Source: Torpedo marmorata
Lineage: Eukaryota
Assembly (NCBI GenBank): GCA_977017645.1
Contig: OZ360247.1
Coordinates: 14,012,001-14,076,000, forward strand
Direction: 5' to 3'
Length of the DNA stretch: 64,000 nt
Shown: piece after piece, positions 22,320 through 33,213 of the stretch
How the letters are laid out: every line of letters begins with the position of its first letter
Numbering within the stretch: the stretch's first letter is position 1
The notes under the pieces: generated by a model
Told to the model about the DNA's origin: nothing
What the model saw: the letters and a program-made list of their open reading frames with translations, nothing else
Database searches by the model: none
Made by a program: the position numbers and the translations under genes

Positions 22320-25300
22320 TGAAAGGGAAAACACTTTATTGGGAAACACAATAATTCTTCAATGTTCCCTGACTAAACACTTAAACTCCAACTAGCCTGT
22401 GCCATAATAATTCCACTTTGTGGCCTCAGTGGCTCACATACCCATCTTTGCAGAATAACATTCTCGACCCACAAGTAACACCAGCATCAATATTCAAGTA
22501 ATAAAATAAATGGCAAACTAGTCTTACTGGAGGGGACGTCAGTTTATTTTCATTATTATAAAATAGGATGGTGCATTATTTAAAGCATCGCATTTTGCAT
22601 GTACAATTGCAGTTGTAAACTCCAGGAGTTCATGCAGGATTTAACAATACCACGTTGTTCTTTTACAGCCAATTGACAAAGAAGTAAAAGAAACTTGTTT
22701 TAATTAAACACTATTTATATATCTATGTTACACAGCTTTTGTCAGAGTTGACACTTGAACATATTTACAAAATAAGCAGTTAACTTTACAGCAAATCTGT
22801 GTCATTTAATAAACAGCACATTGTAAATTGGAAGGAGGTCACACTGACAGCATGGTTCAATGCTCCATTGGAATGCCTGAATTTTTGGATTAAAATGGAA
22901 GCACTGAAATTCTTGCTTGTCAAACAATCTCTCACAATACTGCAGGTAAACAGCAACACAAAATAATAAACAAAACTGGAAAAGTGTGGCATAGAGCGTC
23001 TCCATTTCGATATCACGTCTTAATAATTTTCTTGATCTACACTATGGGCTGTGAATACTAAAATCCCCACCTCAGTGTTGTATTTCAGATGGAACTCTTG
23101 TTTCAACCCACTTCCCCTCCACAGACTTAACCAAGATGCTCAGAATCAAGGTTGTTAACTTTGGCACTGGGTTTTGAAATACTGGAGGATAAAGCCAAAC
23201 AACCAGTTAGTGGCACAGTGTGTGTAAGATGCAGAACACCACACCAGTTGTGACGCACACAACTCTCTCTCAACCTTTCCAGTGTTGGCTGGGAGAAACA
23301 AAATAAAATATATACAAAAGAAACAGGTTTATAACTAGGCAAGATTTGTAGTTAAATTTAAAAAAATGTTAAAAGTTACGTTAACATAAATCCCAGTGAA
23401 GCCTGGAATTCTGACGTAAAATAAAAATTGACTTGCAAAAATGAGGCATTTTTCATGAAAAGGTAAATAAAGCAAAAATGGCTAAATACATTGCAGTCTA
23501 CAATGCGTCTAGATCTGTTAAACTACTTGGCCTATCTTAAGGTGCATTTGCACATTGTGTGATCAATTTCAGAGACTTGATGAAGAAAATATGTTCAAAA
23601 ACCACTAAATATTTCCAAGTATTTAAAAAATAACACGAGTAAGAAATATTCATATTTTGTTAAGATAATTTTTGGCAAACCTTGGTCTTAACACCTGAGA
23701 ACAATGGTTCAGCAGGACGTTCTTGTATCTGACACCACTGGGTGGTGATGCAATGGTCACTTTAAAGCCACGTTTCTGCAGCAATGAACCACAACTGGAC
23801 TACACAGAGGAAGTGCTGCCATGATCTGAACTTCAAGGGAGTTTCACCCTAATAACCCCTAGTGTTGCATACACTATATTTGAGAAAGAATAGTGGCTCG
23901 CAGCCCAAGAATATCTGATTGTAATGAACCACAGGCCATTTTAAAGATGTAATAAAATTGCAGGTATATTCCATTATTATGGGGGAATCATATCACATAT
24001 CCATTTTTGCACTAAATTATAAAGTAGCAGTTTTATCTGGATTTAAGAAAAATCCTGAGAACTCATTTATAAAATTAATATTGGATAATACTTTGAAAAC
24101 ATGATTTATCATTCAGTCCTTCTTGTTTTCTAGTCTTGAGAAGCAATTTGTGCTGTGGTGTTCTGACTTTTCCTAGACCTTATCCAATGTGTATTCGTAA
24201 AAAAAAAAACCACATTAAAGCAGAATCATGGCAGTACAGGATGTTCACCTCTAGCTCTGGTTAAACAATTTGTAAAATGTATTTTTAACGATTTGCATGT
24301 TACCGAGTTTTTAATTCGACCTGAGCAAGCTGTGGAGCAAAAGTATCGAACATTAAAAATTCAAGTAACAGTGGAAACAAAAAAATGTGCACAGAAGCAC
24401 GAATGTAAACAATGCAACAAAAATATATTATATTTATATGTACACACACACACTGAGGTTAAATGCGCAACTTTTAATACAAAACCATATAGCCCAATTG
24501 CATCAGCAAAACCAAAACATCAGGAGCCAGTGTTTGGTATTCTCTCCCCAGTGAACTGTTTTTAACATCATCTGCAAAGCTGTCTCTATGAATTTAGATT
24601 CATTATCTTCAGTTAAATAGTAACAGCGCAAACAGATTCAGATAGCCACAAAAAGTGAAAGGTTTGAACATTTCAAGTAAAAATCAGGAGAATTACAAAC
24701 CTATAAAAAACTTAATATTCCCTCCTCATGGGGTGGGTGGGGGGGGGGGTGGTTTATATGAATGCTTTCAAAAATGGGAAGTTAGAAAAGATACGATCAC
24801 TGGAATCAATTATTGTAGCAATTAAAATGCTGCATGTAAATAGATGCAGTTATTGGCTAACATAAACTACAACACTCTACATTCCAGAATGTTTTATTAC
24901 TAACTGCTAACTCAGTATAATATATTAATTTTAAAGAGAATGCCAAAGGAATGCAGTAGTACTTTTTTAAACATCTAAATAAATAGCCCATCTCTTTCTC
25001 CTCTCTCTTACTCCAACTCCCTTTCTCTCGCTTCCTCCAGTTGTATATAGAAACTCATGAAATGATGTCTGAGAAAAGATTCAACAGAGAAAAGCAAAAC
25101 TCAGACTTTGCTAGAACATGGGTGGATGATCCATCATGCAGATTTTTAAAGAGTAAATCTTTCTTTATAAATTGAATTATTAAGAAAGAGATGTATTTTG
25201 ATACATTTATTCCTTGTGGCAATAAAAAAAATAAGTTGGCAGTTTTGATTGAGTTCTCTAAAACTGATCATAAATTCTTATTTCTACTCTTGAATATTTA

Positions 25301-28300
25301 ACAAACAATAGTTTCTCCCGTCTGAGCATCACAAAGGCAAGTGAGCAAAATGAAGTAGTAAATAGATCCAGAATATCTCTTTGGGGACATGCATGCCAGA
25401 ACACATTGGTTTAACTAGTGAAAAACATACATGTGGGACAAATGTCAGACTTTGGGTAAAAGACAAGGGCAAAAGAAATGGTTTACACTTGCATTATGCT
25501 TTTCTGCAGGATAAAGCCATTTGATACAACTGAGCATAAAGAAATACAACAGCACTGAGATAGAGGATCAATGTTGGTGTTGCTGGGTGAAGCCAAATCA
25601 GCCAGGACACAGAACTCACTACAGGTTGAATGCTGCGGTGGAATCTATTTCATATGCAAAAAGATATCTTCATCGGTGGAGCGCTTATTATATGTTCAAG
25701 TATTGCAGTGGGGCTTACACATCCTGCTGATTCGGGTGAATGTATAAGTGAATTGTTAAGAAGCAACTGGGCATTGCATTAGGCATGAAGAGGTATGCAT
25801 GAAGAAATGCAAGCTCTTTTCCCAGCTGAATAAAATAATAAACATGGTTCCCAGTTAAAGAAAATGTCTGCTTTTCTTTTACTGAGTGGAGCTGAGAAGA
25901 AACAGCTTGATACATTATAAAGGGAAAATGACTGAAGCGAATGATACAAGAAAGTCAAACTCAACTGTCGCAGCCTACAGCAGGAAGGCGAAGGATGTGG
26001 AGTTAGTGTATACTTGAACCAAAGATTTGAAAGAGCTGCTGCGACAGGAATTAGGAACTGCTTACACTTTCTACACTACCGACTTTAAGCAGTGAGTCTG
26101 TGGTACAGATTGATGCAAATAGAAGGGGCATTGTGCCACAATGCCCCTTTAATGTTGTAAACCATGATGAACACTAAGTGCTACCACAATTCCTCTCATT
26201 GTAATTACAATGAAAATGAAGTTCCACTTCATTTGCATTTTAAAAATAAGGCTTTAAAAATCTGTGTTCATGCATCATTTTCAAGAAAATCTGTCTGGCA
26301 AAGATTTTAAAATGTAGTCCTACCTCTGTGCTAGTTCCATCATTATCCATCAACATATGACAGGGTTATATCTGGATAAAAGTGATATAGAATTCTCCAG
26401 ACGAACCCCTCACCAATAAAATGGCTTACAAAATATTTTCATACAGAAACAGTGTCCCTAAGATTGGCATTTTAATTAAATAAAGCAAATCTTAACTTGT
26501 TAGTTTGGCTCTTATCTTTGTTAATAAGTACAAAATATAAATACTTTGGTGATTAGTGCATTAGTTGTAGTAAAGCATAACTACTTTTTTTAAAAACAGA
26601 AAATAAATTTATCCTATTTATAAATTGATTTCTTCATAATTAAAATTAAATCTGTTGTTAAACAGCAGAAAGCTAATTTGATTAGAACAAAAGTTGTTTA
26701 TTATCAGGTAGAAATCTTTAATCGCCGAGACAGAAATAAATGTTCTAATTTAATCTAATCCATAGCACATATTTAATGCAGACTAATATGTCAACAACCA
26801 CATTTGATAACAACTAGCAAGTCATAGCATATTCCAAGGATGGAAGGCTTCAGCTGTCTGGAACCTCACTTCTGGTAAAAAAAAAACAGAAAATACTGGT
26901 AATACCCAGGTCAGGTCATGCCTGGTGGGGCCTGATCAGCTCAGTATTTCCAGCATCTTGTTTTTAATTCATCTGCCGTTTTTTTTTCATTTACTCATCT
27001 CTGAAATGATGGGTCAAGAATTTCCCCCAAACTGCTCCCTGGTTCACCATTTAAAGCTAGTGATGCAGCAAAACCACTATTGAAACGCACAATCAAGATT
27101 TCTATCTCAGCTCCAATGAAGTTGCGACAGTGGGACAGATGAGCTCTGAGGTTATTCACAGCCCAAGTGCTTCACACCCATTAACCACTTGCATCTTGTT
27201 TCCTTTTACCCCAAGACATTGAAATCTATGGCTGTTGAGATGCCCACAAACGAGTCACACAGCACGCTAAATTAACTGCTAATGTGAGATCTGAGATGAA
27301 AGTGATCGAAGCCAATCAAAGTAACATTTTAATCTGACTGTTCTTTTAACCAGAAATTTCTCAAAATTTGGATTATGCAGACATGACATGAATTTACATC
27401 AGACATGTGGCACCTCAAGAGCCACTGAACACAGAGATCTACAATCAAGATTAATTTCCAATATTAGAAGGATACCCTGCCTATTCTTTTTCCGCACAGC
27501 GTTTTCACATAACAGCAGAGCTAAAAATCAAGTCGACCTCAATGTTAACCGAGGATTGTGTTCAGCGGAGATAAAATTCAAGGAGGATAAAGGAGAACAA
27601 TTACAATACGTTTGAAAAACAATGATCAAATTTTCTCAAAAATAAATATCTATTAAAATGGCATTTTATTGAATTTGCTCCCTATGGGCCAAATTTTAAT
27701 TGATGGAGTACTATGTAGTCAGTAAGAAACAGTATCAACTCAAATGAACAAAATAAGGAATTGGTTGGCAAAACAATGAAGATTCATTATGAGACAAAGC
27801 TACACTAAGGCTCGTCATGAAAAGAAATACTGCAGTTCGTATCAGTTTGTATACAGTATTTAAAATAATTTCTTAAATATATGTGGCTTTAAGTGTTCCA
27901 TCTATCGCAAATCTTTCCCTTTCTATTGGGTAACTGAAACTGGGAGCAGCATGTTCACCGTGCAAACACGGTTGAAAAGAAGGTCGATCACCATATTATA
28001 AGTTGTCCACTGAAGTGCAGCAAACGAAGATAAACTGCACCAAAGCATGGTTGGTTAGCAAAGCAATTTAAAAACTAGTTGCTCTTATAACTGCAAAACC
28101 AGCAGCAGCTTGTTTATGGCCAACAAGGTCCTTTTTAATTCTACAACCAGCAACTAATTATAGCTCTTTTGATATCTTTCCCTTTAGCCCACGTCCACTT
28201 TAACCAGCCCTGTGCTATTAAAATCCTATGTAGTAAACATATAATACTTAAAACACACTTGTATCCGTGACTGTGAAGAGATAAGCATTTTGGGACAGAT

Positions 28301-29017
28301 CCTTCACTAAAGCAATATTCTGCCAATCCGTGTTTTTTAGATGCGGAGATCTTGTATTTGAAGCAGGAATTGATTTTAGTTTGCAGTTCCAGCAAAGGCC
28401 GTTTCAAAGAACCAGCCACATTTCCTGAGACGTGCATGTTCTGGGAACATCCCAGGGCACCACACACAGATAGCTATCTCACTATGTCAATTGTTGTGAG
28501 ATGCCAATGGAATCCCGTGAGAAACAATGAAGTGACCTAAATGACCATTTTCCAGGATACTCCTGTTGGAGCTTCTCGAGGAAATCAGTCAAATTTGCAG
28601 AGAATTCTAGCTGTTTTTTGGTAATGAATGGAATTTTATTTCAAATAGTACTTTACAGCAATTATTTGTTGGTACTTTTGTCTTAAAAATCGAAGTATGT
28701 ATTTTCATGTCTGTCCTGCATATTCTCCTGTAGAAAACCAATGAAAATTCAAAAATTACAAAGCAGCAAAGTCTTTCAATTTTCTATAAAATGAAGAGGG
28801 TTAAGTGAAGGGAAATTGATAGAAAATAGTTTTTTAAAAAACAGTCATTACAGCTGGAACTGCCAGATTCTATTGTGAAACATATTTAAAGAAAAGGGAT
28901 GGATTTTTTTGTCACCAACAAACAGGAGTTTTCCCAACCTGTTCCTGGGGAAATGTGGAGGGAGTAAACCCATATGTTGGCCCAGCTCCTGAATGTTTTA
29001 GCCCTAACCAATTTCCA
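22320..29017 (-). other. ARHGAP23: Probable long ARHGAP23 3'UTR (up to about 6.7 kb)
   Basis: Nearly transposon-free AT-rich stretch after the stop. Minus-strand AATAAA at about 28615, 27665, 25206, 22543 and 22335. Pumilio-type UGUAHAUA at 22762-69 and 24437-44. The actual 3' end is unknown. Confidence 0.45.
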
Positions 29018-30721
29018 TCAAAGGTACTGATGAAATCGAGAGGAGGTTAGATGTTTCTGAGCCTTTATGCCTGTAGACTTGGATGAATTTGAGTCACTGT
29101 CTCTAAATTGACCTGATGCTGAGCTAGCTGGGGAAGACGGTGAAGCTGGCTGAGAAAGCTCCGAGCTTGTATTACTACTCAAATTCTTATTATTGGATGC
29201 TGGCTGTTCGGTTTGAAAGTTTCCACTTAGATGACTGGAACAATACTTTGAATTAGGATCACCGGATCTGGATATCTCCTTGGGTTTTGATTCTAAATCC
29301 AGCTGCACATTTCCTCCTGGATCAGAAGCCTCCCAGGAATCAACTTTTTTCCGTAACTGGCTTATGTTAGATAGTTTCCCCTCCTTGTGGCTACCGTCCT
29401 TGCTTTCCAGTTGATTTTCTTTCCAATCTCTGAAGTGAAACTCGGATAAATCATTCTGTACCACCACCGTGTGTCTCCTTCTGATGTTCTTCTTTCTCCG
29501 GGTTTCAGGGGAGCTCTGTTTTCTCAGCCCTACCCCAAACATATCGTCTGCGGATGTTTTCAGCCGAACTTTTGTTTGATCAGTCAGACTTCGTTTTGGT
29601 GCTTTGGTCAGATCTTCCGTGTTAGAGTCGCTCTTGAGGAAATTGTGCTTTTTGGTGGAATTGGGGCAATTTGAATTATCAAACAGATTTGTTGCCACTG
29701 AAGGCTCTTTTTCTTCATTGATCTTTGCAGCAGGCTCATTTGCTCCTTTTGGTTTGGTCAATTTCTTTCTAGCCAAAGTGTCGCACTGAATTAATCTGTG
29801 GGAGTTAAAAGATGGCGTACTGCTTAACTTTTGTGTTGTGATCCCTTCCCTGTCAGAACTTGTGTTGCTGTCTGACTCACGGCGACAAAACCTGCCTCTT
29901 GCCTGCTGCGAGGTCAAAGCTTTGCCTGGCAGTATGCGTGTCAGGTAGCCACTCTCATTGTCTGTTTCAATCTGACCTCCACACTCGCTGATGAGCTCGC
30001 TTCTTTCATCATCGGCTTCATCGCCCCGACTCTCTGCAATGGACTGCACCTCAGAGCAGAAGTTGTGATCCAGGGTTGTCATGATGGACGAAATGGTGGA
30101 ATACCCTGAAACAACTGAGCTGGCATCGGTGGGAATCAACTCCCTGTGGTCCATCTCGGGAGTACGCCACATCTTCAGCTTGGGACTTTTGGAGAACAGT
30201 TCACTACTATTGCAACACCGGGGACCAGTCATAGATGTTTGATCACCTGTGCATTTTCTTCTATCTGAATCTGGAAGTTTGGGAGAGGTCACCTCTTTGA
30301 ATGAATGCTCAGTGCCCATTGAAGATGGGCTGAGATGAGGTTCAGATGAAGAGTCCAAATTAGCTTCCTTATTCTCCCACCGAGATGTCTGATTGCAGTG
30401 CTGGTGGGAATGATTAGGTTCTCCTGCTTTCATCCGAATTTCTTTACTAGCTATGGGTTGGCGAGTTGGCTCCATCCCTCTGATCCTGCTATTTCCGTAC
30501 TCCTTCTCTTTTTCTCCTGCTATATCCTTCTTTCTGTCTCTTTCCTTCTTGTCCAATAATCTCTCTTTGTTAATTGCCTTTATAGGTTCATGCTCTGAAT
30601 CATCATCTGTGCTACTTTCAAGCATTTTCGCCTCTTTTTTCTTCCTCTTACGATTGGCCGCTGCAAAGATTGACATCACAAGCTCCCTGTTGTATAGGTC
30701 CTTCCTAGATCCCCATGATCC
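29018..30721 (-). CDS. ARHGAP23: ARHGAP23 last coding exon (GSWGSRKDLYNRELVMSIFAAANRKRKK...SSRFHQYL*)
   Basis: ttaattatAG acceptor (30723-22), phase 0. Motifs SSTDDDSE, SVVSGYST, GDEADDERSEL, CDTLARKK, SADDMFGV, SPETRR..RRHTVVVQ and terminal SRFHQYL fit ARHGAP23 better than the paralog ARHGAP21 (recalled sequences). Confidence 0.9.
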   Translation of the reverse strand, partial: GSWGSRKDLYNRELVMSIFAAANRKRKKKEAKMLESSTDDDSEHEPIKAINKERLLDKKERDRKKDIAGEKEKEYGNSRIRGMEPTRQPIASKEIRMKAGEPNHSHQHCNQTSRWENKEANLDSSSEPHLSPSSMGTEHSFKEVTSPKLPDSDRRKCTGDQTSMTGPRCCNSSELFSKSPKLKMWRTPEMDHRELIPTDASSVVSGYSTISSIMTTLDHNFCSEVQSIAESRGDEADDERSELISECGGQIETDNESGYLTRILPGKALTSQQARGRFCRRESDSNTSSDREGITTQKLSSTPSFNSHRLIQCDTLARKKLTKPKGANEPAAKINEEKEPSVATNLFDNSNCPNSTKKHNFLKSDSNTEDLTKAPKRSLTDQTKVRLKTSADDMFGVGLRKQSSPETRRKKNIRRRHTVVVQNDLSEFHFRDWKENQLESKDGSHKEGKLSNISQLRKKVDSWEASDPGGNVQLDLESKPKEISRSGDPNSKYCSSHLSGNFQTEQPASNNKNLSSNTSSELSQPASPSSPASSASGQFRDSDSNSSKSTGIKAQKHLTSSRFHQYL

Positions 30722-31040
30722 CTATAATTAAACAGAATAAAATTAGTTCCTAAACAATGACAACTAATTGTGAACAGAAAATATTTGTATAGTAAGGATG
30801 GAAAACAAATGAACATACTGGCAATTTAAATTAAAGAAGAAAATGCCATTTTGTTTGCTTGTATCAAAGAGGCAATTTAAAAAAAAAACATAGCTACTCT
30901 CCAATTGAACAGCAAAAGGAATTGGTTTTTTAAAGTTTTTTTCCCCAAAATGTTAACTTTCAACTGTTAACTGACCAATTTTATGCTAGGGTCGTTTAAT
31001 AATGAAAATCCACTTCCACTTGTATGAAATGCTATACAAA

Positions 31041-31273
31041 AAAATTTAATTAAAAAAATTTAATTTAGACATACAGCACGGTAACAGGCTCTTCAGGCCC
31101 ACGAGCCCGCACCGCCCAAATACACCCAATTAATATACAACCCCCGTACATTTTGAAGGGTGGGAGGAAACCCACGCAGACAAGGGGAGAATGTACAAAC
31201 TCCTTACGCCTGATTCGAACTCGGGTCGTTGGCACTGTAACAGCGTTACGCTAACCGCTAAGCTAACCGTGCG
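31041..31273 (-). mobile_element. V-SINE (HE1-like)
   Basis: Same family as 14855-15121, with a small internal deletion. Confidence 0.85.
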
Positions 31274-32333
31274 ATAATTACGCAAACACAAAGGGGCTGT
31301 AGCCATACTGGGGACAACAGTATCCCCATAAAATCAATGATACAAACATGTCTAGTGTAAAAAAAGCATCTCTAATTATGTAATCATTCTTGCACATAGT
31401 GTGTGTGTGTGTGAGATCGATCCCAGCATACAACTATTTAAAGTGCATTCCCCTTCGTTTTAGAGAGTTTTTCAGCAGTTTTGAAACCACATATATGCAG
31501 ATGAACAGATTATTGAATGGAAGTCAGTGTGGGAATTTACAAGATCTTCGCAGTCCAGGAGATCTCACGACGTATTGTGACGATCAGGGAAACTATGCTC
31601 AGAATATCACTGGGCTGGAACTCTTCATCTACATTAACTTCCCCTCTACATACAAGTTCTCTAGGGAGTTTAGCATTGATTTACCAAAGTGCTACCTAGA
31701 CTCTACGATAATAAATTACAATGAGAGTTCAGGAAGAGGATGTATGCCTGGAGTTGAGCAATAATTTGATGGATATTAAGGAGAGTTCCCGGAGAAGCAG
31801 AGAGAAATTACTTCCACTGCTTGAGGAATTCAGCACTGATGAGCAAATCAATAAATTAGAGCAATGTCTTTCAAGAATTAAGCTAGAAAATGCAAAGGCG
31901 GATAGAAACTTGGAACTCTTCTACAAACAGCAATGGATACTCGGTGTGCGGTTAATTTTCAATCTGAGATTGATAGATTTTCATTAACCACAGGTATTAA
32001 GGAATATGGGGACAAGGCAAATAAGTGGAGTTAGGTCATAGATCCTCAGTGATCTCTGAGGGGTGAATCAAGCTTTGGACCATTCTGGTGGTTCAAGAGG
32101 TGCTCTCATTTTTTTTATCACTCCCTATTCTCTTGCACTCCATGTTTTACATAAAGTCCTCTAACAAGTGATTATTACAGCACATGCTAGTTTGAAATGC
32201 CAATTAAATTTCAGACTAGCAGGGAAATGATTACAGAGTACCAGCAATTTCACCAGTCACACCGAAGGCAAACCCTACAGTTAAACCTTCTGATGTTCAC
32301 TTCTGATAGAAATGAACACCATTTGTTTAGCCA

Positions 32334-32516
32334 AAAACACAAATGCTGGAGAAACTCAACAGGTCAAACAGTGTCTTTTATGTAGCAAAGGTAGAAATAC
32401 ATAACCGACGTTTCGGGCTTGAGCCCTTCATCAAAGTATAAAAGACACTGTTTGACCTGCTGAGTTTCTCCAGTGTTTTTTACTTCAACCACGGTGTCTA
32501 CAGATTTTCATGTTTT
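32334..32516 (+). mobile_element. Penelope-like fold-back mini-insertion with one hammerhead motif (minus arm)
   Basis: Inverted pLTR segment plus direct pLTR end plus tail. 16-bp TSD ACCATTTGTTTAGCCA (32318-33 / 32517-32). Confidence 0.85.
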
Positions 32517-32580
32517 ACCATTTGTTTAGCCAGTTGGCAGCAGCACTATAACAAATCCAATCCAATCAATCAGAACGATT

Positions 32581-32822
32581 GGCCGGCACGGTTAGCCTAG
32601 CAGTTAGCACAATGCTAATACAGCGCCAGCGACCCGGGATCGAATTCGGTGCTGTCTGTAAGGAGTTTGTACATTCTCCCCATGTCTACGTGGGTTTCCT
32701 CTGGGTGCTCCAGTTTCCTCCCATCCTTCAAAATGTACGGGGGTTGTAGGTAATTGGGGTATTTGTGTGGCAAGGGCTTGCGGGTCGGAAGGGCCTGTTA
32801 CCATGCTGAATGTCTGTATGTG
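32581..32822 (+). mobile_element. V-SINE (HE1-like)
   Basis: Head, core and CR1-like tail. Confidence 0.85.
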
Positions 32823-33213
32823 TAGAACAAAATAGGATGGAAAATGTAACTCAGAACAGACCAGAATTGAAGCGGATACATTTATTCTAATTGTGGTCCT
32901 GCCTATAGCATACATACATAGTCAGATTTGGAAAACAGTTATTGATATTGTACTGGAACTTAAAGTTCAAAATAAATGCACCATAGTTTGCCTTAATTCT
33001 TCAGACCTGTAAATACCTCATGAGCAATTTCCATTTTAGGAATACCACTAAAAACAATACCATAATTTTCTTGTGTCTTTCTTGAATTTGAAAGTAAATC
33101 AAATTATTTAAAAACAGATTTTTAATTGCTAGCTACCATTTAAAAGCCTAGGAACAGGAAGAGGCCATTTAGTATCTTGAGGCTACTTCACGATTCAATT
33201 CGATTATGACTGA

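Noticed and set aside
29018-30721. Assignment as ARHGAP21 with neighbour KIAA1217
   Set aside because: SSTDDDSE, SPETRR, RRHTVVVQ and SRFHQYL, together with the neighbour's KQREEFLKLQSSQQ, fit ARHGAP23/SRCIN1 better. Some internal motifs are ARHGAP21-like, so a phylogeny would be decisive.
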